Source: Lama glama
Taxonomy: Eukaryota
Direction: 5' to 3'
Length of the DNA: 64,000 bases
Assembly: GCA_028534125.1 (NCBI GenBank)
Contig: CM052832.1
Coordinates: 11,782,001-11,846,000 of the forward strand
This document shows positions 51,538-63,340 of this stretch, in pieces; positions within the stretch are counted from its first letter, which is position 1; each line of letters begins with the position of its first letter. The notes below the pieces were generated by a model. The model was not told where the DNA came from. It searched no databases and worked only from the letters and a program-made list of their open reading frames with translations. Both the position numbers and the translations under genes were made by a program.

Positions 51538-52175
51538 ATCCCTCAATACTTAAACTGCATCCTTAAGAATGTCTTTTTGTTCCCTCATACGTTAAGAGCA
51601 GCTTGGCCAGTTGAACTCTTAGACCCCAGTAATTTCCTACTCAGCACTCTGCATGTGTTTTTCCACTAATTTCTAGTATTTCGGGCTGTGGGAAGTCTGT
51701 GACATCCTGATTTCTCTTCTTTTGTAAACAACGTTTTAAATTTTGTTTCTTAGAGAACCTCTATAAGGTTCTCTTTGTGTCTTCGAAGTTGAAGACATTT
51801 CTAGGTGTTGGTCCTAATTTTTATAAATTTTGTTCAGAATACGGTAATCAAATTCAGTCTCCAAATCCAATCTCAAATCTTTAAAGATATGGCCAGTTTC
51901 CTTTCATAATGGTTTGATTATTCTTCCCAATAAATTCATTTCCTGTTTCAGTTAACAAGTTGGTTTTGGTTTCTTGTCTGCAATGCCAAGAAACATGTAA
52001 CAGATGTAAAAAGAATGAGAAACTGAGAGAAAATACAGAAAAAAAGAAAAATTTTGTAATGGAGAAACTTAATTTTATTAGTCCAAATTATGCTTTGTCT
52101 TTTAACAGCAGTAATACTGATGATGACTGATTTTATTAAACATTGATTTACTGGGAAAAGGAAGGAAACTTTTAC

Positions 52176-52391
52176 CTTCAGAGGCAACACTTCTCTGTTG
52201 ATACCATAAAATGTTGCCATTGCAAGTGTCCAAGACAGCAGACCTGCCACATTCCCACAGACTTTTTTGGCACTTTCAAAATTGTAATCATCCATATTAA
52301 AATACGGCTGTAGTAACTCAACAGTCTCTTCATTTATAGTGTCCTTGGGGAACTGCTGGAGGCTCCATAGGAACCCTGTTGCACTCATCAA
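52176..52391 (-). CDS. DNAH8: DNAH8 coding exon 8/20 (microtubule-binding domain, C-terminal half)
   Basis: tttcag|TTG ... AAG|gtaaaa; 216 nt; [31 protein letters not shown]...REVLPLK. Confidence 0.95.
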
Positions 52392-52906
52392 CTGAAAAAC
52401 AGTATTACAACCTGTAAGCTCCGGGAGAAAATATGCACTTTCTTCTTGGGTTAGCATGTACTTCTAAATTGAATTTTTTTCAAAGAAGTAACAATTGATT
52501 TGCTGTACACATACAAATCAAGACTGTGGCAGTAGTCAACCTAAAGCTGTAAACTGCAAGCTGTCTTCCTGTTTCCATGGCGAAAAGTAAAGAAGAAAAG
52601 CAAGGTAAGTTTCCTGTCTAGTGAGTGCATCTAAATGCCACCAACCACACAAACTCCTATGATGTTGGGTTGACATCAAGACTGTGCCAATATAGCTACT
52701 GATTTCAAGACAGATTTTATAAAAAGAGGGCATCTGGCTTTAAATTTTTTTCCCTACTTATATTTTGGGAGATGCAGTTTAAGATAAACTCTTCAATGCA
52801 CAATGATCAATTATTGCCTGCCAGCTGGTCTGGTCTATATTAAGCGTCCTGAGATGTGGACACCTGGTACACCCCATAGGACTTAACAGAAATTGATTTT
52901 ACTTAC

Positions 52907-53074
52907 TTTTAATGACTCTCCCCATGATGGCTTGCAGCAGGGTTTTTCTGGATCCATAGTGACAGGGTCAATTTTCTTTTGAAATAGTAACAGAACACAG
53001 TCCATGATTCTCATAATAAGATGAGGGGGCTTTGCAAGTTTCCTGACTGTGGCAATATCATTTGGCTTGATAGT
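52907..53074 (-). CDS. DNAH8: DNAH8 coding exon 7/20 (microtubule-binding domain, N-terminal half)
   Basis: atacag|ACT ... AAA|gtaagt; 168 nt; [56 protein letters not shown]. Confidence 0.94.
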
Positions 53075-53764
53075 CTGTATTTGGGGTTAGGGATCAAAAA
53101 ATTTTTTGTTGAGTACTATTCCTAGTTGTATGGAAAGCTAATACTTTTAAATAATTAAAGTGGAAAACTTTAAAACATATTTTCTCCCTAATCCTTGACA
53201 TTATTTCCTCAAGCCTTTGCATTCCAAGTTTTCTGCATAATGGCTCTTTCATTGTCACTTTGGGATTTCTGTCTCTTTGTTTTCATTTTTTACCCCCTGT
53301 AGCCCTCAATTGCCCACCACCCCAGACCTCTGTTAGTAATAACCGCCATTTATGTGTAACATTTAGATAGCTTCCATCTTCAAAGCATAGAGTCTTTATT
53401 ATATATGGATAATAAAAGAGGAGAAAGGCCCTGAATATTAGAAACCTCACCTTCAGTTTTCATTTTGAGGGCTGCCCTGTCTGTGGAAGGGAGAGGCATT
53501 TGAAGTAGATAAGAGAAGTTATTATAACATATAACTCATAGAAGTATTTTTGAAAGTATCAGTGAGCTGGGTTTGAAACAAGACGTTACCTGACATTCAA
53601 GTCAAGAAGGACTGGGACATCATGTGATCAATGAAAACACCTAAGACTTGTTTGGTTCAGGGCTCACTGTCTTATATGTTATCACAGGAACCATAAAGGG
53701 AGTGAGGGTAGAGAATGTGTCCTGGTCATTGTCACAATTTTACTAAATGATGATAATAAATCTA

Positions 53765-54150
53765 TTCATTTGTTTAACAACTACAGGCATTCTACCAGAT
53801 AAAACAAAAACAAACAGAAATAGCCCTGTCCTCAGAATCTCCTAAGGAAGAGAGGGAAGACACAGTTACCCTAAACTAGGATTATCTGCCATGACAGGAG
53901 TATAGGAAATCAAGAGGTCCAGAAGAATCAAAACCTTTCTGGAAGGGGTGAGATCTGAGCCTGGTCTTGAGGAATGACTTTTATTAGCCAGTAAAGGTGA
54001 GGAAAAGCACTCCTGGCAGAGGAAGAGACTCATTTAAAGGGGACAGACCATGATTATTGCCAAGCCTGTAGGTGTTCCTGCATGGCTGGGTCATGTTCTG
54101 TGTAGGGAAAAGACAAGAGAGAGTTCAAGGGGTAGACAGGAGCCAGACTA
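53765..54150 (-). mobile_element. L2 fragment
   Basis: attcatttgtttaacaa tail; ggtgagatctgagcctggtcttgagga and gcactcctggcagagg motifs. Confidence 0.55.
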
Positions 54151-54795
54151 TCATAGCAGTAGCAGCAGTATTTACTGAGCACTTCCTATGCACACAGCCA
54201 ACTGTTCATTACTTCTAATGCTTACATTTGTCCTTCAAGGATCAACGAAGAATTGAATCCTGATAGAGACCCAAGGAAGTTAAGTAAATTTTCCTCCAGA
54301 TTATCGTCTAAGAAGTGGTCATGATATCAAATGCAGATCTGCTGGCCTCTGAAGCTGCCCCTTCCTGCCTCACAGCTGTGGATGCCTTGCTTGAGACTGT
54401 AACCCAAAGAGCAATGGGAACCACAAGGGGATTTTTAAAGGGTGCATGACACAATCTAGTTAAGATGCTGGAAGAACTGAGAAGGCTCTCTATATAATCT
54501 GAATCCCTTAGGCTGCAGTTTAAGCCAATAATCACAGCATTATTCCTCAGCTCATGGAAGACTGAATTATGAAATAAAAATGTTATGGGAAGTGAAGCCT
54601 TAAAAAAAATAGAACTTTGAAAATACATAATCAGCAGAAACATTTGTTTCAAGTGTTTCAAAACTCAGGGATTATAAATCACTGTAAGAATTCAATTCGG
54701 TTTTCTGATGACAGAAATCACACAGATAACTTCATGCAGTGAAGCGCGGTGCCTGCTAGGACCTTTGCTGGGAGGGACAGCAACGCTCTGCTCAC

Positions 54796-54972
54796 GTTTA
54801 GGGCGGCTTCTGCTTCTTCCAGTGCAGGTCTAGCCGCCTCCAGCTTGGTCTCAGCTTTTACTTTTTCACTATCAATTTCATCCACTATTTTTTGGGCTTT
54901 GTCTTTGACTTCCTGCACTTCGTTTTTTACTTTGGCTGAAGCCTGAGCACTTACTGTGACTTCTGCTAATAC
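54796..54972 (-). CDS. DNAH8: DNAH8 coding exon 6/20 (stalk CC1)
   Basis: taacag|GTA ... AAC|gtgagc; 177 nt; [16 protein letters not shown]...[14 protein letters not shown]. Confidence 0.95.
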
Positions 54973-55909
54973 CTGTTAAATTGAGGAAACACATGAGGGT
55001 AAATAGAAACCTTTCAAGGAAAATGTACAGATTCACGTAGTTAGATAATGTTTATTCAATATAATATAAAAGAAGACTAAGAGCAAATGTATTTCCCATC
55101 TAAGCTGTCTATATTTTGAGGTGTACTAAAGTATCTCCTTCCAGCAGTTTTGCAGTCTTCTATTTCCTAAGCTTTCTCTCAGGCACGGAATATATAAAAA
55201 TAAATTTTAAGCTTTCATAAAAATGATATTTCTACTTTACGTAATTTCTAGAAAATTAAATCAATTCAAGTTAACTGCAATAGAATAAGGTGAGAAACCA
55301 TACTAAGTCTCGTGTAATAATAACAAAATAGCTAATGTTTGTTTAGTGCCCACGACACGTCAGGTCTATGCTAAGTGCCTCTCCTATGCTAACTCTCATT
55401 TCAGTAATTGGCTAACGGTCAAGACTTAAGGGTCTATTCTTAACTGACTCTCAGTGAGTGGAAGCTAAAAGCAGGCTGAGACTGTTGGGTCGCAGATAAA
55501 GAAGAAGCACACAGATAACCCTGTCACCTTAGGAGGAGTATCTTATTATTTTTTTTTCCAACTCAACCAACTCTTCCTTTTATCCTTTTTCTTCCCCAAC
55601 ACAAACTTCAGATAGGACTTGGCTGAGCTATCCTAGAAAGCTAGAGCATGCACAGACCTTAAAGAGAGGACCAAATATAACTTACAATCAAGCAGAACTT
55701 TCCTAAACAGATGACAGAAAACAAAAGAGACAGATAGATCCAGAGAAGAAAAAAATAATCTTAGACCAAGTAGAGGACGTAATAGTTTAGGTATGTTTTG
55801 GTATAAGTTAAATAAAACTATCTATTGGTCTTTGTAAACATTATCTTACCAGAAATAGTCTGTAGGTTTATATTCTGTTTACTTTTTAAATAACATTTTT
55901 AAAGAATGC

Positions 55910-56038
55910 TTTTTTTTTTTTTTTTTGGTGGGGTAGGTAATTAGGTTTATTTATTTTCGGAGGAGGTACTGGAGATTGAACCCAGGACCTTGTGTATGCT
56001 AAGCATGCGCTTTACCACTTGAGCTATACCCTCCTCCC
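55910..56038 (-). mobile_element. tRNA-derived SINE, long-tail form with poly(A) and target-site duplication
   Basis: A and B boxes, T17 on the plus strand, TSD aagaatgctttt (55902) / aagaacgctttt (56039). Confidence 0.9.
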
Positions 56039-56105
56039 AAGAACGCTTTTTTTTTAATATGAAAAAATACTCCTCACACTAGTAACAAAATAAATGCAGA
56101 CTCAC

Positions 56106-56209
56106 TTCATCTGCTTTTATGGAAGCCACTGCCAATTCCTTCTCCTTTACTGCAAGATCCTGAGAGAGTTTTGCAACAGATTCACTTGCCTCCATCAGCT
56201 TATCAAGAC
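56106..56209 (-). CDS. DNAH8: DNAH8 coding exon 5/20 (stalk coiled coil CC1)
   Basis: tgtaaag|GT ... GAA|gtgagt; 104 nt; (G)[34 protein letters not shown]. Confidence 0.93.
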
Positions 56210-56764
56210 CTTTACAAACACACACACACACACTTTAGCTAAGCATATGACGATCCTCTCATCAAATATTTACTTAATATTTACTACTTATAAGGTATCA
56301 TAATATGTGCTATAACACAAACAAAATAGTAACTATGGACAAAAGCTTTAAAAAACACACAGTTTAGGAGCAACAATACTAACTATATTTCTGAGAGTTT
56401 CAGCAAGGGATGAAGAAAATTGCTCTGATTGGAGAATACCATCTAGCTACACTTAAGGGAAAGTCACATTGCTACACTGCGTAAGATTAATTTAGTCAGG
56501 AAACTTATTGGACAAACTCATGCTCTCCTTGGCTTTGCAAATGGTTTGCAACTACCATTTTTTTGCCTTTGAATCATACTGTGGCTGAGATGGCAAACAA
56601 GACAGATGATACGTTAACGCTTTTTTGTGTGTATGATTCCCTTTGCTATAAAAATGAAAATAAATGCTAAAACTTATGCAGTTGGCTACAGGACTTACAG
56701 GGCTCTGAAGCTAAATAACTGGCTAACTGAATTTCTCACATTCCGACTGGGTTCTACACAGAGG

Positions 56765-57158
56765 CAGGTGCATTGGTAAATATTTAGCATCTGGATCTGG
56801 GGTAGGGGCACTCATCTCTATGATTTCCCATTTCCATGGTGTAAATACTCCCACCATGTCTGATTTCAAGCTTCTGAGAGATTCTCAGTAACACACCACT
56901 ACATATTTCTACCTACAAGTAGAATAGAGATAAATAATCTCCAGAACATTAATAATGGCAAAATAAAGTAAAAAACAACTCAGAAGTAATGCATTTTGGG
57001 TATTCATTGCCTTCAATTTTAACATCATTTATTTAACTGTAAGTTTATATTTGTTAATTTTTAATAAAGGCTGTTTTTTAGCAACCAGATCATAAAATTC
57101 CTGAAAGTTGAACCATCGTTTCTCACGAGCCAGCACAAGCAGCTTCAGGGCACCACTG
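56765..57158 (-). mobile_element. hAT DNA transposon (MER63B-like), opposite orientation to the 48263 copy
   Basis: ggtaaatatttagca, catggtgtaaatactcccaccatg, atttatttaactgtaagtttatat, ...gcaccactg. Confidence 0.75.
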
Positions 57159-57867
57159 ACCCTAGAGCATCGTATGGAAAAGCTGCAAGCAGATGAGCCA
57201 TGGAGCCGTGAGAAAGACAGCAGAAGAATGTTCCCTTCACAGCGTTTCCATCACCACTGTAACGTCCCAGACCTTTGTGCTTTGTGACCACGTTTTGTGC
57301 AGAAGTGAAAAGACAGGGCTGAGGTGGTTTTGGATTGCTTGGACCAAATGCTTTCCGGACATAAAATTCGTTCCCAGTTACACTTTTCCTACTTAGACTA
57401 CATACACTGGACAGAGAAAAATCATTGTTCCCGTAAAATCTTTTTGTTTTTATTTGTTTGTTTCTGTTTCTGTCTTGCCTTTCCCTTTGTTAGAAATCAG
57501 AGAATCATTAAACATGGCAAAGTTTACACAGATTGAGGGAAACTGTAATGAAACCAAAAACTGAAATTGTGGTCAGTTTCCAAGAACTGGCTTCTCCCCA
57601 ACTGCTCGGTGCCCTGAACAGGGTGAACCCAAAGTTGAAAGAGCTGGAAGAAATGGTTCTGGAGAAAAAAGGAGGCCACCTCTGTTTAGATTTCTTCTGC
57701 CCAGACTTTGTTGACAAGTCCAAAGACCCACAAGGGCATCCCTCAAAATCATCTATTACTCACAACAAAATCAGTATTTCATTTTCAAATGCATCAATAT
57801 CCACCACAGAAAATACTGGGATCCCTATCAGACAAGCCCTGGAAAGATGAGATTCATTTCCACTTAC

Positions 57868-57986
57868 CAATATTCATACGTTCAGCTTGTTCGTTAATAT
57901 ATTTCACCTTTTCGGTATAAATGTTTTTATAACCATTTATAAAGGAGAGATAAGACTTGGGAGTCACATGTGCCCTTCGGCGGTAT
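57868..57986 (-). CDS. DNAH8: DNAH8 coding exon 4/20 (end of AAA4, start of stalk)
   Basis: tttcag|A ... G|gtaagt; 119 nt; [39 protein letters not shown](G); read by hand, not in the ORF track. Confidence 0.93.
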
Positions 57987-59819
57987 CTGAAAGCAGAAGA
58001 CAGAAATGAGCTTCACGGCTATCATTCTGGTGTACTCCCCTAACGTGTCAACAGAGACGCTTTTCCCACACGGAAGCCAGTGGGATTCCGGAGAGCCAGA
58101 GAGTCACGAGCAAGAGGGCAGGAATTGTGAGTGGTTTCCCTAGAGGTGAGGCGGAAAGAAGACTAAACCTCTAGTGGATGTTTTCATTTGACCCTTATCC
58201 CTATTCTGGACATCTGTATCCTAGTCTGGAAAACTGAGAAAAGAATCACTGTCCTCCACCTCCCAGAATTTTGTGAAGATCAAGAAATAAAACGGCATAT
58301 GTAAACACCCTTGGTAAACTTTAAGGTTCTGTGCAAACACTACAGTAAGTGGCTGCAACGAACTTGTGCCGAGATTTGTTCTCATTCACCTGGTGTTTGC
58401 AACACACCCCTTCACCGCTAGGAACCCAGCTGAGTAGGCTTACGGAGGTGAAAAACCAGTCTCCCTCCTGATTCACTGGACCATCCTTAAAATCAAGGCA
58501 CACTTGACTCAAACATTCAACTCTCTGTGGGCTTTAGTACAACAATTACAGTTAACAACAGACAGAAATAAAAGGAGTAATTTTATACAGGAGAAACTCA
58601 AATCAAAGAAGAGATTTCCACACACTATAAAATTATTTCTACCTTTCAAATTTTTATTTTTGGAGTTCTGAAGATTTTTTAACATTAAAAAATATTTTAA
58701 GGACTTTGGCATATATGTGACTATTGTTAAAGCATTATATCAATACTGCATTCAGAGTAAACTACAACCTAAGAAGATACGAAAATTTTTGAAAAATAAC
58801 ACCAAAACTTTCAAAAATAAAGACACAGGTTTTTGTAGCTGTACAAAGGTAAACATTCCTCTCCACAGTTGATGGTAGTAGGGGTAGAATTCAAGGTAAG
58901 TAGAAAGAAAATCTTCCCAGTACAGAGAATTAATACACATGGATTTACTGAGAGAATCCAGGACATTATTTAAAATTATTTAAGAGGATGGTCCAGGCAT
59001 AGTTTTAAGTAAGAAAATAATCTAGACTAAACAAACTTTCGTGAGGTAGGGACCCAATGGAAAATCAATGAAAGTGTTACTCAGACTCCCTGTGCAGAAA
59101 AACAGACACAGTCTTTCTGGGAGGCCCTGCACTCTCTGAAGCCCACCCATGAACCCTAAGGGGTTCACTGCCCTCTGACCTAGAGATCCACGTTGGCCCA
59201 CCTTTATTCGCATCAACTGTACACAGTGACTGTCGTGCTGTGGGAAACTGTCAACACCAGCTTTCACATCATGAACACCATTGCTGCTTTCAGGGACTGG
59301 ACTCTTCTACAGCCAATTACAATTTACTTTCATAATTATTCAGTGTGAAAACATGGGTAAGACTACGTGATGCAAGTATAAAACCTAAATTAAACCCTTG
59401 GCATAAGGCAATAATGAAACTTTAGAACAGTGCACTTCTTTAATCAAAATAAACAATGCATTTGAATAAGAAACTTATCTTAAGCAGTTTAAATGAATTA
59501 AGTCATTTCCAAAAAAAAAAAAATAAATTAAGCAAATGAAATAAAGCAATTCATTAAGCATGTGTTACTTTGAGGCCTAGAGGGAAAGAGGTATAGTTAA
59601 GTAGTTAAGTATGGATGCTAGTTAATTTTTAAATCTTCCTTATTTATCATTGTTTCAATGCATAATCTCTAGAAAATCAAAGCAAGAAAAAATTTAAGTG
59701 CAGCCGGGCTTCTGCCCTCAATCACCATGACCAGCCTTTCACTAGATGCTACACATTTAAGTCCTCTTTGGAGTGAACTTCATGTTTCTGTAGCTATCAC
59801 GCTAGGTAATGTCACTTAC

Positions 59820-60046
59820 CTTTGGAAATAACTTTCACAGCTCTCTGAAACCATGTCATGAAAGAGGCCCATCGTTTCTACAACTTGTCTTTTAGTGTCA
59901 CTAGAGCAGACAATACTATAGCCTGAAAGGAAATAGGAGGCCACAGCCACCAGAGCCTCCTTTGGCCAGCGGCTGAACCAGTCCATGGTGCACCCTGATA
60001 TCAAGCCAGGAAATTTCAAAGATCGGGCACGGAACTTCTCACCAAC
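59820..60046 (-). CDS. DNAH8: DNAH8 coding exon 3/20 (AAA4)
   Basis: gatag|GTT ... AG|gtaagt; 227 nt; [32 protein letters not shown]...ESYFQ(R). Confidence 0.95.
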
Positions 60047-60604
60047 CTATCAACAGCAAAGTCAAAAAGTATTAAAAACACAGAGGGACCAAAAAACGGC
60101 CAGAGAGAGGTTTATATATTCTGAGCCAATAAATAGCATGACATCACAATTAAAAAAAAAAACCTTCCCAGGCTGCATTAACATGTAAATTAAGTGTCCA
60201 AATAAAAGGAGGTAACATTTCCACACTCTTCCTGTCCTAAGACTACATCTGTTCGATTCTAGGAGCTACCTTTTAAGAGGAAACTGACAAACGAGATCTC
60301 TTCTACAGAGAGATGACCAGGACAATGAAAGGCGTGGACACTAGGACACCTGAGAACAGCAGAAGGAACGGCAGGTGTTCGGTCTAAAAAGGAAACAACT
60401 TAGGGAGTCTGCAAAAACTTTCTCCAAATATCTGAAGAACTGTGTAGGGGACAGGGATCAGGCTCATTTTACAGGACAATACCAGAATCACAGAGGAAAA
60501 GAGACACAAAATTCCAGTGATTGTAAAGAAGACCTTTCTGGCTAGTAGACTATCTAAAAATTAAGCAGGTGGTCTTGTAATTTAGTGAGACCTCCCCCAG
60601 AGCG

Positions 60605-60795
60605 GAGCTGCCCAAAAGAATTTTCCATGATGATGGAAATGTTCTATCTGTGTGCTTTCCAGGATGGTAGCCACTAGCCACATACAGCCATTAGCACTAG
60701 TGGGACTAAGAAACTGGATTTTTATTTTTACCTAATTTTAATCAAAACTGAAGTCCCCACACATGGCTAATGGTTACTACACTGGACAAGCACAG
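60605..60795. mobile_element. MER3-like hAT element
   Basis: atgatgatggaaatgttctatctgtg...atggtagccactagccacat...cacatggctaatggttactac...tggaca. Confidence 0.7.
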
Positions 60796-61140
60796 TGAGC
60801 TAGAGATACTCAGATCTTTATCAGGGACATTTGAGACAACAATATATTGGAGGCAGAGCTGGACAAGACTCCATCGCCAAATCCCTTACAAATCAATCTA
60901 TGTCTCTAGGTAATGAAAGTTGTAGACTTTGCAACAATTGCTGGCAAGATGAATATTTTAAATTATCACACTTTGGTATGAGATTTTGGTCAGTGGAGAT
61001 TAGTGGCAGTAAAGAGTTAATTTTCATTCAGTGTAACAAATGCGAGTTTCTGAGCAAAATATCTCATCAGAGAAGGTGAACTAAGCACATTCAAAGGAGT
61101 AACCCCTCCTACATAGATGCAAATAGAAATAACAGCTCAC

Positions 61141-61305
61141 TGGAGAAAAGCAGAGAACAACGTGCAAGTTCTTCCTGGATCTGGAGATGAAGTACTCGTA
61201 CAGGTTATCAAAGGTGGGAGGGTGGCGAGGTAGCTCTCTTTTCATCACCGGTATGAGCCCTTGGGTGATTTCATCCATCTCATCCCGGGCAAACAAACTG
61301 GAGAT
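61141..61305 (-). CDS. DNAH8: DNAH8 coding exon 2/20 (AAA4)
   Basis: ctcgaag|ATC ... CCA|gtgagc; 165 nt; [13 protein letters not shown]...[12 protein letters not shown]. Confidence 0.95.
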
Positions 61306-61634
61306 CTTCGAGAAATGGACAAGAAAGTGTTTGGTATTTTAAGAGTTCTCCACAGCCAATTCACCGACAAAGTCTGGTCCTTCTTTACCCTCTACATGTC
61401 ATCTTTTTTCTTTCTTTCTTTTTCTGCATCTAGCTTGCCAGAGATTACCAAGAATGCAAGTTTTTATTAAGCAGCTTAATCAGGAGCAAATTGTGTCTCC
61501 TTTTGCACAACTTGCTATGACCAAAAAGCCATCTCCTCTGCCATTCCAGTCATCTCCTCAAAAGTCCAGGGATGCTCTCGGTTCTGACCCACAGACAGTC
61601 TCATAAACAGTAAGCACCACTGGGAAGGGAGGAG

Positions 61635-62178
61635 TTACCACGGCAGGCCTGATCTTGGGAAGGGTGTGCTTGCAGGGCTGCTCCTCGGCCTGGCATGTGG
61701 GAACTTGGCTTTTGGCATGTCTCCTCCACCACTAATTGATAACTGTGTTCCAGTGTACCTAGACTACTTATACAAACATGGGGATATTTGGTGGACCTCT
61801 GCTTTCCTTCTGAGAGTCTGGGATTTTGGCAGTTGTGGCTAGGCAGACAGCGCTACATGACCTGTCTCCAACAAAACCATTGAGTTCAGAGTCTCAAATA
61901 GGCTTCCCTGGACAGAAACAGTGCATGTGTTTCCACACTTCACTACTGGAGGGGAAGCACGTTCTGCACGGACCCTTTGGTGAGAACATGGGAAGCATAC
62001 ACATGGATTTCCCCCGACTCCCCTGGCTGTATCTTTTCCTTTACTGATCCAGCTGTGAATCTTTACTGCGTTGCTGCAATATATCTCAGCCATGATTCCA
62101 GCCAGCTGTATGCTGAGTCCCATGAGTCCTTGTAATGAAGTACCAAGCATGTGTGTGGTCACAGAAGTGCTGATATAA
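61635..62178 (+). mobile_element. ERV LTR remnant (MER21/MER68/MER77-like)
   Basis: ctgctttccttctgagagtctgggattttgg, gctaggcag...tacatgacc, ggcttccctgg, tgctgagtcccatgagtcct motifs. Confidence 0.55.
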
Positions 62179-62523
62179 GTGGCGTCAGATTATTAGATAA
62201 ATAAATGATTATTACATAATATTATTAGATAAATAAATGATAGGTAACTTTGCCTCTCCTGAAATAAACTGTAGGATCAAACTGAAGATTAAAGAGACAA
62301 GTAAGGAACCATATTTAAAATGGAAGAAAGCAGATAAAGTATCTGGTGGTGGACAGCATTAATTTCACAGAAACTTCAAAAAAAATCTACTAAATCTCGT
62401 AAGTCAATCATTTCTAAAGAGAAAAATGTGTACTAAATGGCCTCACTTCTGAAGTGTTGCTGTCTTTTCTACTCAGATACACATCTTAAAAGTATAAGCT
62501 TTTTCTCCACTTTTGAGACCTAC

Positions 62524-62677
62524 CTCCCCTGAAGACAGGAGGTTGTTGAGATATTCTAGAAACGCTTCATCTTTTATTTCATTGTCAGTAAAAATAAAGG
62601 TGATGCCTTTGCCATCAGCACCAGCAACTTTGTACAAACCTTTTAAATCCTCTGTTAGATTATTCACATTATAGGAC
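62524..62677 (-). CDS. DNAH8: DNAH8 coding exon 1/20 in window (AAA4)
   Basis: Acceptor tttttag|G, donor GAG|gtaggt; 154 nt; (R)[51 protein letters not shown], typical dynein AAA4 sequence. Confidence 0.95.
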
Positions 62678-63340
62678 CTAAAAAGAGAAGTGGTAGGAAA
62701 TTTTAAATTAAATATATATATAATCAAAATTTATCTCAAAACACAATCCATGGTAATTAGAGCATAATCTGCACCTGCTCCAATAGATACTAAGTAACAG
62801 TGCCTGCTAGGAAACACAGAGCTAAATAGCTATATGTTAGCACACAAAATAAATGTATTTAGCTTGAAAAGTGAGAAACGGGGAATTTACCAGAAGTGAC
62901 TCGAAGAATAACTGGGAACAGGAAAATGAACTTTTATTCCCTACAATCTGACGGTCCTTAGCACCAGATTTTTTTTTTTTTGCCCAAGTGAATATATGTA
63001 TAGTATTTAAAACTAGTCTGAAATTTGGATGAGCTTGGATTAGTAAGAAAGTAGAAATTAAATTATAAATAAAATCAGTGGTAAATTATAGATAGTGGTA
63101 ATTTGCACATCTCACTAAGTGGCTAGATTCAGAGAAAGCTATCAGAAAAAGCTGCATTATGCAATGTGACATAAATAATAGAAATGTTATAATTATGTGG
63201 TTACAGAGTATGGAAAGAGAAGATCTTGATCTTCGTTTTCTGTTTATTCTGTTTCCTACTAAATGTATGTGCTATCAGAAGCAATGTGATGTGTAAAAAT
63301 AAAACAGACTTTTTCTGAAGTATTGTATATAAATCCCCAT

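Noticed and set aside
62190..62241. 21-nt direct repeat attattagataaataaatgat (two copies); similar short duplication at 3306-3335
   Set aside because: Only two copies in AT-rich or L1 sequence, consistent with slippage duplication; not an array and not CRISPR-like.
6180..62677. Assignment as DNAH5 or as a pseudogene
   Set aside because: The C-terminal and stalk sequences match DNAH8 as recalled, and all 20 exons have canonical splice sites, compatible phases and no stops or frameshifts.
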